Below, one piece after another: positions 1 through 12,929 of a stretch of DNA of 64,000 nucleotides. Source of the stretch: Podarcis pityusensis (lineage: Eukaryota); NCBI GenBank assembly GCA_964106645.2, contig OZ067043.1. One strand, written 5' to 3'. The notes beneath the pieces were generated by a model. The model ran no database searches and was not told where the DNA came from. It worked only from the letters and a program-made list of their open reading frames with translations. How positions within the stretch are numbered: position 1 is the first letter of the stretch; every line of letters begins with the position of its first letter. The translations under genes and the position numbers were made by a program.

Positions 1-703
1 GAAGTGCAAACACACCAGTGGGAGCACTGGATTGGCTCCACTGGTGCATTTGCTCCATGCCCACTGCCTCATCCATCTTTCTCTCCTGGTAAGCAACAGC
101 AAACCCCTGTTGGGGCTCATATAGCACCCCCAACAACCCACTTCTGCCTGATCCTATACAGAACCCCACTTCTGATGACAGCCCTAGTCTTCTTAATCTA
201 AACAGTGCTAGAATATGAGGTCTGGCAGCCACCATTTTTAATTTTCAATAAAGCTCTCTGTGTAGCATGGCTCAGGAGCTATGTGAATAAATAGAATCTG
301 CCTGCTGTCTCATATCAAACATAATTCTGCCACCAAGTAAGTCTTCTAGAGTTCACCCATATAGGAGGGAGGCTATCAGAGGTAGAGAACACTTTGTGAA
401 GGTCCCACTGTAACCAGCCCTGTGCAGACCTGGTTAGCTTCAGCAGAGTTGTTAAATACCTTTATACCATGAGATCAAGTTTAGAAACATGTTTCTAAGT
501 ACTGATACCTAGCAGAGGTGGAATTAAATATCAGATGTACTCTAAAGACTAGGAAACTATTCTCTTAGTGAACTCCCTCCACCCCACATGCACACACACA
601 ACTTCGGAAGGAATACCATTAGTTGCCTTTAAACATTGCAGGAAAGGAAAATTCCTTAACTCAGCAGCATGTCAGAATTTTTTGTTGTAATTTGGGCACT
701 CAC

Positions 704-844
704 ATTCAGCCAGCATTCCCACAGCTTTACATTTCTTTAGGCGACACTCCTGACACTTCCTCCTCATATACATATCCATTTCACAGTGGCCACCATTCTT
801 GCATCTGTAGATGGCGTTTTTGGTGATGCTACGTCGAAAAAATC
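704..844 (-). CDS. NR1H5: NR1H5 (FXR-beta) coding exon 3, second zinc finger of the DNA-binding domain
   Basis: Encodes (G)[46 protein letters not shown](C), an FXR-type C4 finger. AG acceptor at 845-846 and GTGAGT donor at 703; 141 nt. Downstream exons lie outside the window. Confidence 0.95.
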
Positions 845-1159
845 CTAGCATACACATTTGGAACAAGTGAGCATAAAAATGAGAAATGATACAGCTGATA
901 AGACAGCCTGTTGCCCTCGCATGCAGTAGAGGATGCTGTCCTGTCACCACTGTTGAAGTAAGATTTAACTTTCAGTTAAATGGACTACTCTCATCACCCC
1001 TGGCCATTGGCCATGCTGGCTGAGGCTGATGGGAGTTGGAGTCCATTAGCATCTAGATTCCACCAAAACATCCTTCTTCTTAGCCCTTCATTTGTAAGTC
1101 AGAGCCTGGGACTTTACTGTCCAGGTTATCCCCATGGAAACCCATGCTGCTTGTCCTTA

Positions 1160-1523
1160 TGAACATAGACAGTTTCCTTATACTGAGTCAGATCAGTAGT
1201 CCCTCTGATCCTGTGCTGGGTGGCAGCTCTTCTCTAGTATTTCATACAGGATAGAGTTGCCATATTGACACCAGCTTTTGGAGCTGTTTCCACTGATTTT
1301 TCCATCACATTGTCATACATCCAGGTTTTCCCTGACATTTTGCCGATTCGGCAAAATTCCCCCCGACACCATTTTTACACCCCATAACCAGAACATATAA
1401 GAAATTTTCCTGATGTATGGCAAGCCTAATACAGGACATTCCTAGGCTGACTTCGGGATGCTGGAGATTGAACTTGGGACCTTCTTCATGCAAAGCAGAT
1501 GCTCTGCTACTGAGCTACTGCCC
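1160..1523 (-). mobile_element. tRNA-derived SINE (degenerate), interrupted by a MITE
   Basis: Reverse complement begins GTAGCTCAGTAGCAGAGCATCTGCTTTGCATG (tRNA-like head) and ends with ...TCTGACTCAGTATAAGG; same family as 39997-40150. Confidence 0.65.
1252..1428. mobile_element. hAT (Blackjack-like) non-autonomous DNA transposon
   Basis: Termini TAGAGTTGCCATA...TATGGCAAGCCTA; exact 8-bp TSD ATACAGGA at 1244-1251 and 1429-1436. Confidence 0.8.
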
Positions 1524-1708
1524 GTATCAAAGCTGGGTGTCTATCTTACTATCAGAAATGTAGTCCAACAACATATGGAAGGCCATAGGTTCTCTATCCC
1601 TGCCTTATGCACTAGACCTTTCTCCCCAACTTTAACTTTGCACTAGACTTTTCTCCCCAATTTTAACCAGCGGACATTCTCTGATTCACAAAATTATTTC
1701 CCCATTAC

Positions 1709-2071
1709 CTTTGCAGCCTTCACAGGTGAGTGCGTTGTAATGATATCCTGAAGCCTTGTCCCCACAAACCACACAGAGCTCTTCCTGTCCCTTTATTCGC
1801 AAGGCAGAGTGACTAAGCCTGGGTCTTTTCTGTCCAAGATATCCTCCCCCATTATTCTGGGCACCCATGTAGGTGGGCTTACTGAGTTCACAATTGCTGA
1901 TGATGTATTGCCCATCACTGTATTGAGAATCCAAGTTGTATGTGTTGTACTGTGTTTGGGGAGATGGAGTCTGTAATGCTGCAGGAAACTGAATGGTTGA
2001 ATACTGACAATAAGGAGCAGCTTGGAAGTCAAGATCTTGCAGTGGATAACTGATGTGTTCTGGGAAGGCAT
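1709..2071 (-). CDS. NR1H5: NR1H5 coding exon 2, A/B region and first zinc finger
   Basis: Encodes (D)[25 protein letters not shown]...[25 protein letters not shown](G), with P-box CEGCKG. AG/GT boundaries and phases match both neighbouring exons. Confidence 0.95.
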
Positions 2072-2241
2072 CTAGATTATTTTGAAAAATCACATAGAAA
2101 ACAGTGGATTAGTTTAGGATTTTACATCTCTAAATTATAGAATATAGTAGAATTGTTTGTAGAAGGGCACCCTGTGTATACAGTTCTGCTGACAATATTA
2201 TCCTTGATTGGAGAGTTTACTGTTAATTTTAAAAAATGTCA

Positions 2242-2340
2242 ATAATAATAATAATACTTCAATTATTTATACCCCACCCATCTGGCTGGGTTTCCCAAGC
2301 CACTCTGGGCGGCTTCCAACAGAACGCTAAAAACAAAATA
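2242..2340 (-). mobile_element. L2-type LINE 3' terminal fragment
   Basis: Reverse complement GCCGCCCAGAGTGGCTTGGGAAACCCAGCCAGATGGGTGGGGTATAAATAAT followed by a (TAT)n tail, typical of a squamate L2 3' end. Confidence 0.55.
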
Positions 2341-2665
2341 ATATAATACAGGTATATATCTTACTTTATTAAATATATAATATAAAGGCCACAACTGGTC
2401 TTAAATTGTTTGAATATATCTTCTGAGAATGAAATTCACTACTTAAGTGAACTTCAATGCATCCACACTGGAGTAGGTTTTTGGATCTTGTACTGTATAT
2501 CTTTATGTCACCTGAGGGAATTACGGTATTTGATCCCCTCAATGCTGAAATGGCACACTGGATGGCTTTGAATGTCCTTCATGTATCAAACATATATTTA
2601 ACAACTGTAGAAATTCGGTTCATACACAGAGAGACATGTGGATAATTGCCTTTTGCTTAACTCAC

Positions 2666-2756
2666 CATAATACTGGATTGGATCACTAAGGCAGTACCCA
2701 TCAGGTATGGTCACAAAGGTATTTGCCATAGTCTGCTCTAGCTCCCACTGCTTCAT
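2666..2756 (-). CDS. NR1H5: NR1H5 first coding exon (MKQWELEQT-MANTFVTIPDGYCLSDPIQYY)
   Basis: Not in the ORF track. MANTFV...DGY...QYYD resembles the mouse Nr1h5 N-terminus as recalled. GTGAGT donor at 2665, phase 1, joins exon 2 as G|AT. Second in-frame ATG at 2729. Confidence 0.88.
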
Positions 2757-5502
2757 TCAGTTCGGAATGTTACCTGCTTTCAAAAAGCTTCTAGTTACTT
2801 TAAATTGAAGAGTCAAGATGTTGTCAAAGGATAAGATTATTTCCTGAAACAATTTATTGGAGGAAAAGGAGAAATAGTTAGAAAAACTCTACAGAGTGCA
2901 ATAGAAATAGAAATATTATGTTGTGGTAGTACAAATACAAAGTTACTAAGGATCTGATTCTGTTGAATCTACTGTTCCATTAATCTTACTTGTTTTAAAG
3001 GGAATCCACATTTCTATTAATACTTACCCTCAAATATTCTCAGTTCTCACTTCAGCTATTAGCCTGGATCCTGACGGCCTCAGAATATCATTATTTCTCA
3101 GTAGGAATGCAGTTGCTGGGAAATTACTTTTCTACATTTATTATTTCCTTTGCAATCAATGAAGATCTACAAGGCCTGTATTTTTAGTGTCAGGTAAGTA
3201 GGGTGGCCATGTGTCCTACCTAAAAGAGGACCTACACCCTATATGAAGGGCAGCCTAAGGACATCTCTGTGTTTGACGATACCTTCTATTCAGTTTCATA
3301 AGAGAGCATCTTGCCCATCAACTTAGTTAACTGATCTTAGTTAACCTTTGGATCACCTGGGCACAACCTTCTCCATTTCTGTGATATACATTTTTAAAAT
3401 AAATTATAGTAATCTTGTCTAAATTTGCATCTGTGTTTATAAATGGCACATGCACATTTTATGCAAATCTATTCCCTTTTTTGACATCTTCCTAGTATAG
3501 GAGTATTTAATTTCCATGCAAGGTTTATGATCAGTATTTGTTTACCTTGCTTGAAATATCAGGTAGAAAGTTTGTTCTACAATATTACTTCTCTCTCCTA
3601 ATTGTTCCTTGGCTGATTATACCTCAACCATTTTGTTTCTGTCTGCCATTACTGAAAACACTGTGAGTGCAATAGTTTAAGCTCTCTCTGGCCTGACTGA
3701 GGGCGGACCATGTGGGTGGAGCCATTGATAAGGAGCTGCAAATCTTGCTGAAAAGTCTCACAAGAACCTGAAATTTCAGATCTCATGAGATTTGTGCAAA
3801 AACATCCACACCTGGGGCTTTTATCACTGCTGTTCAGACCTACTGCATTAGGAGAGAGGGGGACAGGTGAAATGAAGAAAAGTAATGGGATAATTGCAAA
3901 AAATATATATAACAACAATACTGTGTAGAAGCTCCTTTAAAAACTTAAGAACTATGTGGCAAGATCTGTCTAAAATTATCTCTAGCCTAATGAATCTAGT
4001 GGCTTCCACTAGTAAATTGAAAAAGGCTCACCCCTAGCACCATCATCCCTTCAAAGCCCGAGGAGCATCAACATTTGCATCCTTTCATATGTACCCTGAG
4101 AACATGCCAGTTACTGCAAGCCCAGAAAGAAGTAGTAAGAATGGCTAATTTATATGCAGTACATGTAAAAAACTAAGAGAAGACAGATAAAGAGATCAGT
4201 TGTCTAGAATGGGAATGAGCAATGGAAGATCATCCTCCCTGCCAGCACTTCCCTTGGCTCCAACAGTGATCTATAAAAAAAAATATAACATGCTACTTCT
4301 CAACAATCTCTACCAGAGACCTCTCCTTCTGAGCTGGGTGACTTGTCAGAGAGTTCAAATAGCACATGATGCAAAATAGTGTCTATATCCTGAAAAGATC
4401 ACAAGTAAAAGTTTGGAGTTTTTGGTATATATTATTAGATTAGTTATTAAAGATAAAAAATAAACATTAAACTTAAGCAAAACAAAATTAGTATCTGAGA
4501 TTAAACAAGATGAGATCTTCCCATTTGCTAAGGAGGCAGAATGAAATATTTCCATGGATTAATGTGCTTGTTAAAGAACTGAACTGGATAACTTCTGTAC
4601 ATATTTAATACATTTTTGGAAATGGGTTAAATGCCATTTTCATACATTTACAGGGAAGAAAGTTATGCCTTACAGTGATTTGTACAATGCGTGCCTGAAG
4701 CAAAATCACAAAGCATATTTCTGGGGAGAAGCACTTTCCAGAGTAAAAAGCCAATGAAAACAGTTCAATAAAACTCCAAGGAAACAGATAAGAACACAGG
4801 GCCATCTAGACTAGAGAGCTAGTGCTGATAATATAATTTTGTTTTTCCTCAGTGAGAGGCTGATACTACTGATGTGAAATCATGTGGGAAATGTGGGGTT
4901 TTTTTGCAAGAAAAACTGTGAACAGGAGACTATCTTTCCAATCCTTTTTGATAGTATCTATAAGGATTTTGAATTCCAGTGTGGGGAGTCACTTGGATTC
5001 TTCATAAATATTCTTCAATGAATATAAAATGTTAGGTTGCAATTGGCCCTTTCTAGACCATCTATTCACCATCTATTTTCTCTGTCTATTGCTCTTCTGG
5101 CAGTGAAGCCTCTGACACTGATTGACTGAGCTGATGTTTAGGCTCAAAATGTTCTGTTGCTCTGGACACTAAAGAGTTTGCAGTTAAGATCCTGTGAGGG
5201 AAGCCAATGTTGTCAGTTGGGAACTACTAAACCTTACAAAAAAGTACAGTAGGCTGAAGAGTTGGGAGAGGTCTGGTGTGTGTGGAAGCTGAGAGATAGC
5301 TTAGAGACAGAAGGCTCAGAAGCATGGAGGCTAAAGGGAAGGTGCAGTTCAGAATGGACTTAGAAAGGAACCTTAAGGAAGCTTTCAAAGGGTTATTAAA
5401 GAAAAATATCGGAGAAGATGGAACTGAGTAAAAGGGAGAAGTGACAGAGAAACTTGGCAGTGCTAAAATAAGCTACAAAAGGGAAAGGAGGAAAACAGGC
5501 AG

Positions 5503-5567
5503 CTTCCTTCCTTCCTTCCTTCCTTCCTTCCTTCCTTCCTTCCTTCCTCCCTCCCTCCCTCCCTCCC
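5503..5567. repeat. (CCTT)n/(CCCT)n microsatellite
   Basis: Direct inspection; explains the spurious GRKE/SFLP ORFs. Confidence 0.95.
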
Positions 5568-8500
5568 AAAGGCCACTTTCCCTCTTGGCCAGCCCTCCAG
5601 GGGCTGCATGCAGTGAGTATGCCCCCCACCACTCAGGCACACAGCCCCTCCTCCACAGCCTATTCATGCAGATAAACTGAGGAGTGGCGTTATTGCCCCT
5701 TCTCCACTTGATCTGTGTAATGACCAGGAATATGCCTCCCCATTAGGGCATCGGGCTTTGCTCTGCCCAGCACTGTATCTCCTTTACTTTTTATTTTATT
5801 TTTATGTTTTGCCAGTGCTAATTAATGGGGTCTTAGCGGAGAAGGAAAAATATTTTGGGGCATAGATCAGGCACCTGAACTGGAGTTTAGCCATCTCTGG
5901 GTTAGATCCTGATGAATGTATTCTGCCATTTATGGACCTGCCTAAGTACGTTTGGCACATGAAAGCTTATACTAGCCATTACGGTGTTACAAAATTATGT
6001 TGCTATTGTGTTCTGGCAATTCTAAGGATGTAGCAAAAGGCAGAAGCAAAAAGAAAATTGGGGGAGGGGGTTGAATTTCTCTGATCAGCCAGTACTTTGT
6101 CTCCAGACCTCTTGTTTTAATGTGGTTTGTACAGCAAGGATTGCTGGAAGGGCAGAAAAAATGTCTCATGGCCTTTTCAATTTTATTTACAGATTTCTAA
6201 AAAGACATTTTTCTGATGTTCCTCATCCAGACAACCCCCCCCTTCCACCATAGAGCAGGAAAAGGTGAAACTGCATAGTATGACAAGAATGCTGCCACTT
6301 GCTATCTCTGTTTGTAAATGTTTGTTCAAAATAGAAGTGCCTTGATGAATCATGCAACCGTTATCAATGGGATCAGTTGAGCATGTACAAAGTCTACATG
6401 TTTTAATCAGCAAATACGCACTTTAAATGGAGCATTGTGTGATTTCAGTTACATCATAGTTTTGAATATTGCTTTGAGGGAAATGCTGCTCTTCCTTTAA
6501 CCAATTCCTGAACAAAAATAAAAGAGATAGCAAGGAACTAATTCAGTCACAAAAACAAATCCTTCCTCATTCTCCTGCCTAGGATTCCACTGCTGCCTTT
6601 GCTGCACACAAACCACAGTGTGTATTCTTCATAACAGGCATGTACTGAATCATGCTGTGTGATTATATATTATGATATACATATTATATTGAATGCTAAA
6701 TAGCACTATATTTTTGTATGATTAAATGTAACATGAAAATCATTGGTAATTTTAAAAAATGCAATAGTATTTTCTGAACCCAGAAATAAAGTGAGCACTG
6801 AACACTTTTAGAGCTATAAACATCTACTGAAAAATCTCCACTTTAGCCTGTGACTTAAAAAAAAAAAAAAAGTCTAATTGTAGGAGAGGAGGCAGCTGGA
6901 GGTGTGAAAGGGAGAAAATGGAAAGAGCAAAAATGGAATTGGTTGATAGGGAGTGCATTAGAGAAAGAAATAGAGTGAGATGAGTCTCTGGTCTCACGTA
7001 CGGTACTTTTGGCTTGGACCCTGCTCACTGCTTGATGCAGCCCCTGGAAATTCCCTTCTGTGAAATTCAGCCTAAAATGGGCTAAAATAGGTTTCCCACC
7101 TTTGATTTAGATTGAAAATGTGAGTAAATGAGCTAAACCTGTGTCTAGACTGGCACAGTTAGTTCTGCATTAGCTAAGTGCCAGTTGTCAACCCATGCAT
7201 TCTGTGTCACAGGTTAGTTGCATATTTAATGTGTGCAAATGTACAATGGATATAATTCCTTGTATTTTTCCGTTTTCAGGGGAGTGTAACATTGCATATA
7301 TTGCCAAAATGACATTGTCCATTCACAAAAGGGAAGTATAATCAGATTTGGTACAAGAGTACAAAAAAAAATTAGGGCCCCTTCACCCCCTGTCATAGAA
7401 CTCCAAAAACAGCCCAGTAATGACTGGGTATGCTCAACTGCCATGGAATGCTGATTGATTTTTCTGTTTCTGAAACAATTATTCTGGACCCTGGCCAGTA
7501 GAACTTATATCTGAGTAAATGTAAGTAGGATTTGGTCTGTCACAGTGCAAATTACTACTACTACTACTACACCAGGAATGTGTAAGGAACTTTACAGAGT
7601 GCAACAGGACATATCCCTCACCTATCCCTGATTCCAGGGAAATAACAAATTCACAGCCATAGTGCAAAAAAAAAAGTAAAATGAAATCCTATACAAGTGT
7701 TAATACTAATATGTGTTCAAAGGTAAAATCTAACCATATGGCCACAAAATATCAGTGGAATCCCTTTGGAGAAAATACCAGTTCTAACAAAGACACTGCT
7801 CAGCTACTAGCGTATTATTAATGGCAAAAAATATGCAGTGCTTGCTCTATTACAGCATATAGAGCATAGGTCTTGCAGGACACCCTCCAGGGAGTACTTC
7901 AGAATGTTTGAACCGACAGTATATTAACATCTATCGTAAATATTTTGACAGTTATGTCAAAAGGGAAATTTCTTCACCAGGGAGAATTTTAGGAATTCAA
8001 GCTGAAAGTCTTCTCACATTTCTGAAGTGCACTCATATCCTGGGAAAGAATATGAGGTTGCAGGGCAACTAGATTTAGGCAGTAGATTTTAACCTTGATT
8101 TGTATCCTGTCCTAACCTTTTCTTCCGCTCCACATACTGAAACTCTAAATCATGGGTGGGCCAGTGTTAACTAACTAATGCATGCTTTTGCGTACATTAT
8201 CTTTTGTTACCTTTTGCTGCTATCAGAAGAGAGATCAAGCTATAATTCAAATACTTAATCGTTCAGAGAAATCTGTCATACTTTCAAAAGCCTGGAACCA
8301 TAAATCAAAGTGTGCCTGTAGTTTAAGCTTCCAGCTAAGGTTGGTTCTTTCTTAACAGAAAATACCACAACAGAAATATCAAATGGAACAGTTAAGGGTT
8401 TTTGTTTTGTTTTTCTCCCCACTGCAAACAAGACTCAATTTATGCAAGTAAATACCTCTAGGAAATTGAATAAATCCTGTGCATTGATCATCATGTGTGG

Positions 8501-8628
8501 CAATCACATACACATTTTTTTGTGTACAGTGGTGGGAAACAATGCCAATTGTGGCCTACTAGTGTGTATACAGAAACATCAAAATACATTTGTGTGTTAT
8601 CATCACATAACATATGGATAATACTGTA

Positions 8629-9630
8629 CAGTGGTGCCCTGCAAGACGAATGCCTCGCAAGACGAAAAACTCGCTAGACGAAAGGGTTTTGCGTTTTTTG
8701 AGCTGCTTCGCAAGACGAATTTCCCTATGGGCTTGCTTCGCAAGACGAAAACGTCTTGCAAGTTTGTTTCCTTTTTCTTAACACCGTTAATACAGTTGTG
8801 ACTTGACTTCGAGGAGCAACTCATAGAACGCAGTGTGGTAGCCTTTTTTGAGGTTTTTGAAGACTTTGGTGATTTTTGAAGCTTTTCCAAAACTTCTTTT
8901 GCAGCCATTTGGTAAGTTAAACTTTTAAAACTTTTTTGGGGGTTTTTGGATTTTGGGTTGGGGTGTTTGGAATTCAAGGACTTGGTGTTGGGGAGGGGTT
9001 TGCAAGAATCTGGAAGCTTGTGTGTTTTTTTCCTGCATTTTTATGATTTTCTGTGACCATTGGGCCACTCTGCTGTTTTTTTAAAAAAAATTCTGGATTT
9101 GAATTTCTGTGTGGTGGGTGGCTAGGGGAACAGTTGCGGAGGGGTTTGCAAGAATCTGGAAGCTTGTGTGGTTTTTTCCTGCATTTTTATGATTTTCTGT
9201 TACCATTGGGCCACTCTGCTGTCTTTTAAAAAAAATTCTGGATTTGAATTTCTGTGTGGTGGGTGGCTGGGGGAACAGTTGAGGAGGGGGTTCTTCAGCA
9301 AGAAGCAAAGAGTGGAAGAGGAACCTTCTTCGAGTTGTCCCCCAGAGTCTTAGAAAATGTACTGTACACTTTGTTGATTTTTAAATGTTTTTCTGTCATG
9401 TTTAGAAACTTAATTTATTGTTCCTTCAGTTTTTGAAATGCTCTTTACAGTATGTGTGGCTTTAAAGAGCACTTAATAAACTCTTGTTGTACCAAATTTG
9501 GCTTTGTTTGGACTTTTTTTGACCATAGGAACGCATTAATTGAATTCCAATGCATTCCTATGGGATTTTGTGCTTCGCAAGACGAAAAAACTCGCGGAAC
9601 GAATTAATTTCGTCTTGCGAGGCACCAGTG
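8629..9630 (+). mobile_element. Tc1/mariner superfamily (Tigger/pogo-like) non-autonomous DNA transposon, about 1 kb
   Basis: TA at 8627-8628 and 9631-9632; TIRs CAGTGGTGCCCTGCAAGACGAA and TTCGTCTTGCGAGGCACCAGTG; several subterminal GCAAGACGAA repeats; internal tandem duplication of about 146 bp. Confidence 0.85.
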
Positions 9631-11500
9631 TACTATTTTGCCATGTTTGAAATGATCCTCATTGGGCTTCCAAGTAAATGTGCCTGTGATCGGAGATCCA
9701 ACTCTTAACAAATCTCTATATTATTGGCATCTACAACCACAATGCATTCTGAGATGCATTCACAGTAACGAAGGATACTTGTGCTGATGGAATGAGAGAG
9801 CTGAATATCTCCCAATGTCTCCACTAGTTCTATACTAAATACATTGATACACTCATTTTATATGATCTAATTGTACTTTCAGGTTGCCGTTCTTTTTTAC
9901 TTGTGACAATAATGCTGACTGAGCATGCCTGGCACCCACAATCCACATGGCAACTATACTTACATCTCTGTTGACTACTCCTAGCCAATGGACTATTAGG
10001 TTCATGATGGGTGAAAGAGCTATTGTGGTGCAATTTTTTTTTAATGTTAGTTTTCTTTAAAATGCACTAGTTTTCCTTCCAGTGTATTTAATAAAAAGGA
10101 AATTATTATGGTGTGGTAACTCACTTCTTCAGAAACTAGTGCATGGCAGGTTTTTGCAGGGCAAATGAACCTAGGGGGCAACTTTTCAAATTGCCACTGT
10201 AAATTTAGTGATCAGCAGCAATTAGCAGGTAATAACATTTCCCAGCTGACAGGATGATCTTTGGGGGAAGAGTCCTTGGGGGAAGTCTTAGCAAATGTAA
10301 TAATTTAGTCCCTGACTATACTCTTTATTAAAGACCAAGCTACTTCCAATGGGGCTAGACTGCATGCCTGACCAAACACTTTTTTTTCAGAATGTTACCG
10401 TAATTTCATTTCGTTAAAACCCAATAAGCACCTGTCCATTTTAGATGACAAATATAACTGCCAAATATCTCATTCTTAAAATACTAATACTAAAACTTCA
10501 TAATTTCAAAATTCATCACACATTAGCTAAGTTGCAAAATCCAATTCTCATGTAAAATGAAAATTTTATTGAACTATTAAAATGATTCAAATGCACTGTG
10601 CAGGTAATATCCTCTAGTAGGTATAAATCTAGTATGTGCCAACAACCTGTGCATGCTAAAACAAAATAGGCTCTGCTCTCATTACAGACAGTTAAACGTC
10701 CTGCTTGTAGACTAATATATACAGTAAATGACACAGCACTTTAGACCAAGAAAATAAAGCATTATGGTGGTGGGAGGGGGAAAGAACATATCAAAAATAA
10801 AGCATTAGAAACTAAAATTAACTGTTCAGGTGCATATTTCATTATAATTAGCACTGCATTTAGAAAATCAAACACCAAACTTGACATAATCATCACATCT
10901 CCCAAGTATAGTCGTATGTCAAGACCAGACAATCCTAAGGCATTTACAAAATACATTAAAATACTTACAGTGCCTAGTTCCAAGGAGCTGTTTTCTTATA
11001 GTTCCCCTTTGGGGTGCATCTGGAGCACAGAGAGCCTTTTCTGTATTTATCAGTTTCTTTGCATTCGCATTGGCTCCAAACACTTTGCAGAGCAGCGCTT
11101 CACTCTATCTGAGAGACACAAACTTCCCACACAGCCGTTCTGAGGGTCAAAGCAAGGGCAGCAGCAAGACCACATAAATCAAATAATAACTGAATAATCA
11201 GGGACAGAGGCCATTGGGACCCACACGTCACATTTTCCCAGCAACCTCTCTACCCAGTTCTCTAGCAAACTTTTTTTGTTGTCCCGGTTAGAGTCTGGCA
11301 TTTCCTCATTTTGATTGCTTCACATTTGACAATCTTCACAGTGCAAGGACCACTTAATTGAAAGAAAAACAACAGTCATTTTATAATGTGAAACATGGTG
11401 AAGTGGTTAGTGTATTGAACTCTTGACCAGGGAGGTGGACTTCTTGAGCACATAGTAACTAGCTGAAACCAGATAGCTAAACACTATCACTTATTTAGAT

Positions 11501-11637
11501 CAGGCTTCCTCAACCTCGGCCCTCCATATGTTTTTGAGACTACAATTCCCAGCATCCCTGACCACTGGTCCTGCTAGCTAGGGATCATGGGAGTTGTAGG
11601 CCAAAAACATCTGGAGGGCCAAGGTTGAGGAAGCCTG
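11501..11637. mobile_element. hAT MITE (137 bp, hairpin-like)
   Basis: TIR CAGGCTTCCTCAACCT...AGGTTGAGGAAGCCTG; exact 8-bp TSD ATTTAGAT. Confidence 0.9.
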
Positions 11638-11645
11638 ATTTAGAT

Positions 11646-11940
11646 GCTGCTGTTGCCACAGTACCAGCCAAGGTGTCCAATGCAATGTTGAGCCCAGTGT
11701 TGTGGGATCATTTCCAATTGATATGGCCTGAGGCAGTGGACACGATACTTGAAGTGATACCCCCATCCACCTGCTCATTAGATCCTTGTCCATCCTGGCT
11801 TATTAAAGGTAGCCGGAGTGGGGTGATTGAATGGGTCACAGGTGTGGTAAACACAACCTTGTGTGATGGAATGGTGCTTGCAAGCCTCAAAAAGCCAACC
11901 TTAGACCCACAGAGTGTAACGACTATAGTCCGATTGCCAG
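11646..11940 (+). mobile_element. Degenerate L2-type LINE ORF2 fragment (pre-RT region)
   Basis: Translates to ...STCSLDPCPSWLIK...VVNTTLCDG...LKKPTLDP, motifs typical of L2-clade ORF2. Confidence 0.7.
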
Positions 11941-12929
11941 CAACCAGAGATCTGATACATTTCAGTTCAGGTTCTTAAGTGAAACCAGAGAAGAACCTGG
12001 TGCTCAAAGCTCATTGATAAAGGTAATCCCCCTACCTCCCAAACTTCATTGTGTTTACCTGTACTCCATGTTCCTACAATTGTTCATCACTGCGCTTGTA
12101 TAAGCAAATATTTAACTATGGAGATTTGCATTCATAGATAAATTTAGTAAGAAAAAGAATCAAATATATAGCATTCAGTTTAATGAGTTATGGGAAGGTG
12201 ACATTCAGGTCTACAAGTATAACAAGCAGGTGGATACCTAGCTAGGGGTGAACATTACTTTGGTGATCGTAGAAAAAAAGTTAGGGAAAATTCAATAATT
12301 ATATTTATTTTATAATACAGGCAAAGACAAAGATCACTGGGCAAGGTCCTACATTCTGAACACAGCAGAATTCCCATTTCTCCCCTTCTTGTGTCCCCTA
12401 ATCTGTTCCAGAAGGGGCCCTAATCTTCCAGAGCAGATGTTGGCAAAACACAAGAGGCTGTAGAAGGGAGGGGATGAAATGTAAATCCCTTTTGCACAAC
12501 TAGAAATCTGTTGCACAAGCAGGATACAATTGTATGTTACCCATTAGTCACATCCTTGAGAACTACTTGAAACCTCCTAATTCTAAAAGAAAGTAAACAA
12601 ACTTTTTTTTCATTAATTCACAATCTGATCTGATTATTCTACTTATCTCTCTCTCACCACATGACTTCAGACTGTTGTTGTTGGCTTCTGTCTGTCTTGG
12701 GAGACAATGGAGGAGTATGACTTTGGAGTAATGCCAAACCATTGGAGAGTTACAGCACCTGCTGTATCAGAGACTGATAGGGAAAAGAAATGGCATGATG
12801 CATTCTGCAGCAGCACAACTGGGCTTCAGACAATGCAACATTTAAAGGTGCCCATTTTGGGAGGTAACTAACCATTCAAAAGTGACTGACTACGATGTAG
12901 CCAATGTAGCTGCTACATGATCACTTCTT

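Noticed and set aside
5396-5680. ORFs with GRKE/SFLP repeats
   Set aside because: Translation of a (CCTT)n microsatellite.
8629-8760. Spaced GCAAGACGAA repeats resembling a CRISPR-like array
   Set aside because: Eukaryotic context; these are irregularly spaced subterminal transposon repeats.
8603-8977. 124-aa Lys/Ser-rich ORF
   Set aside because: Antisense reading of a T-rich non-autonomous transposon; no transposase motifs.
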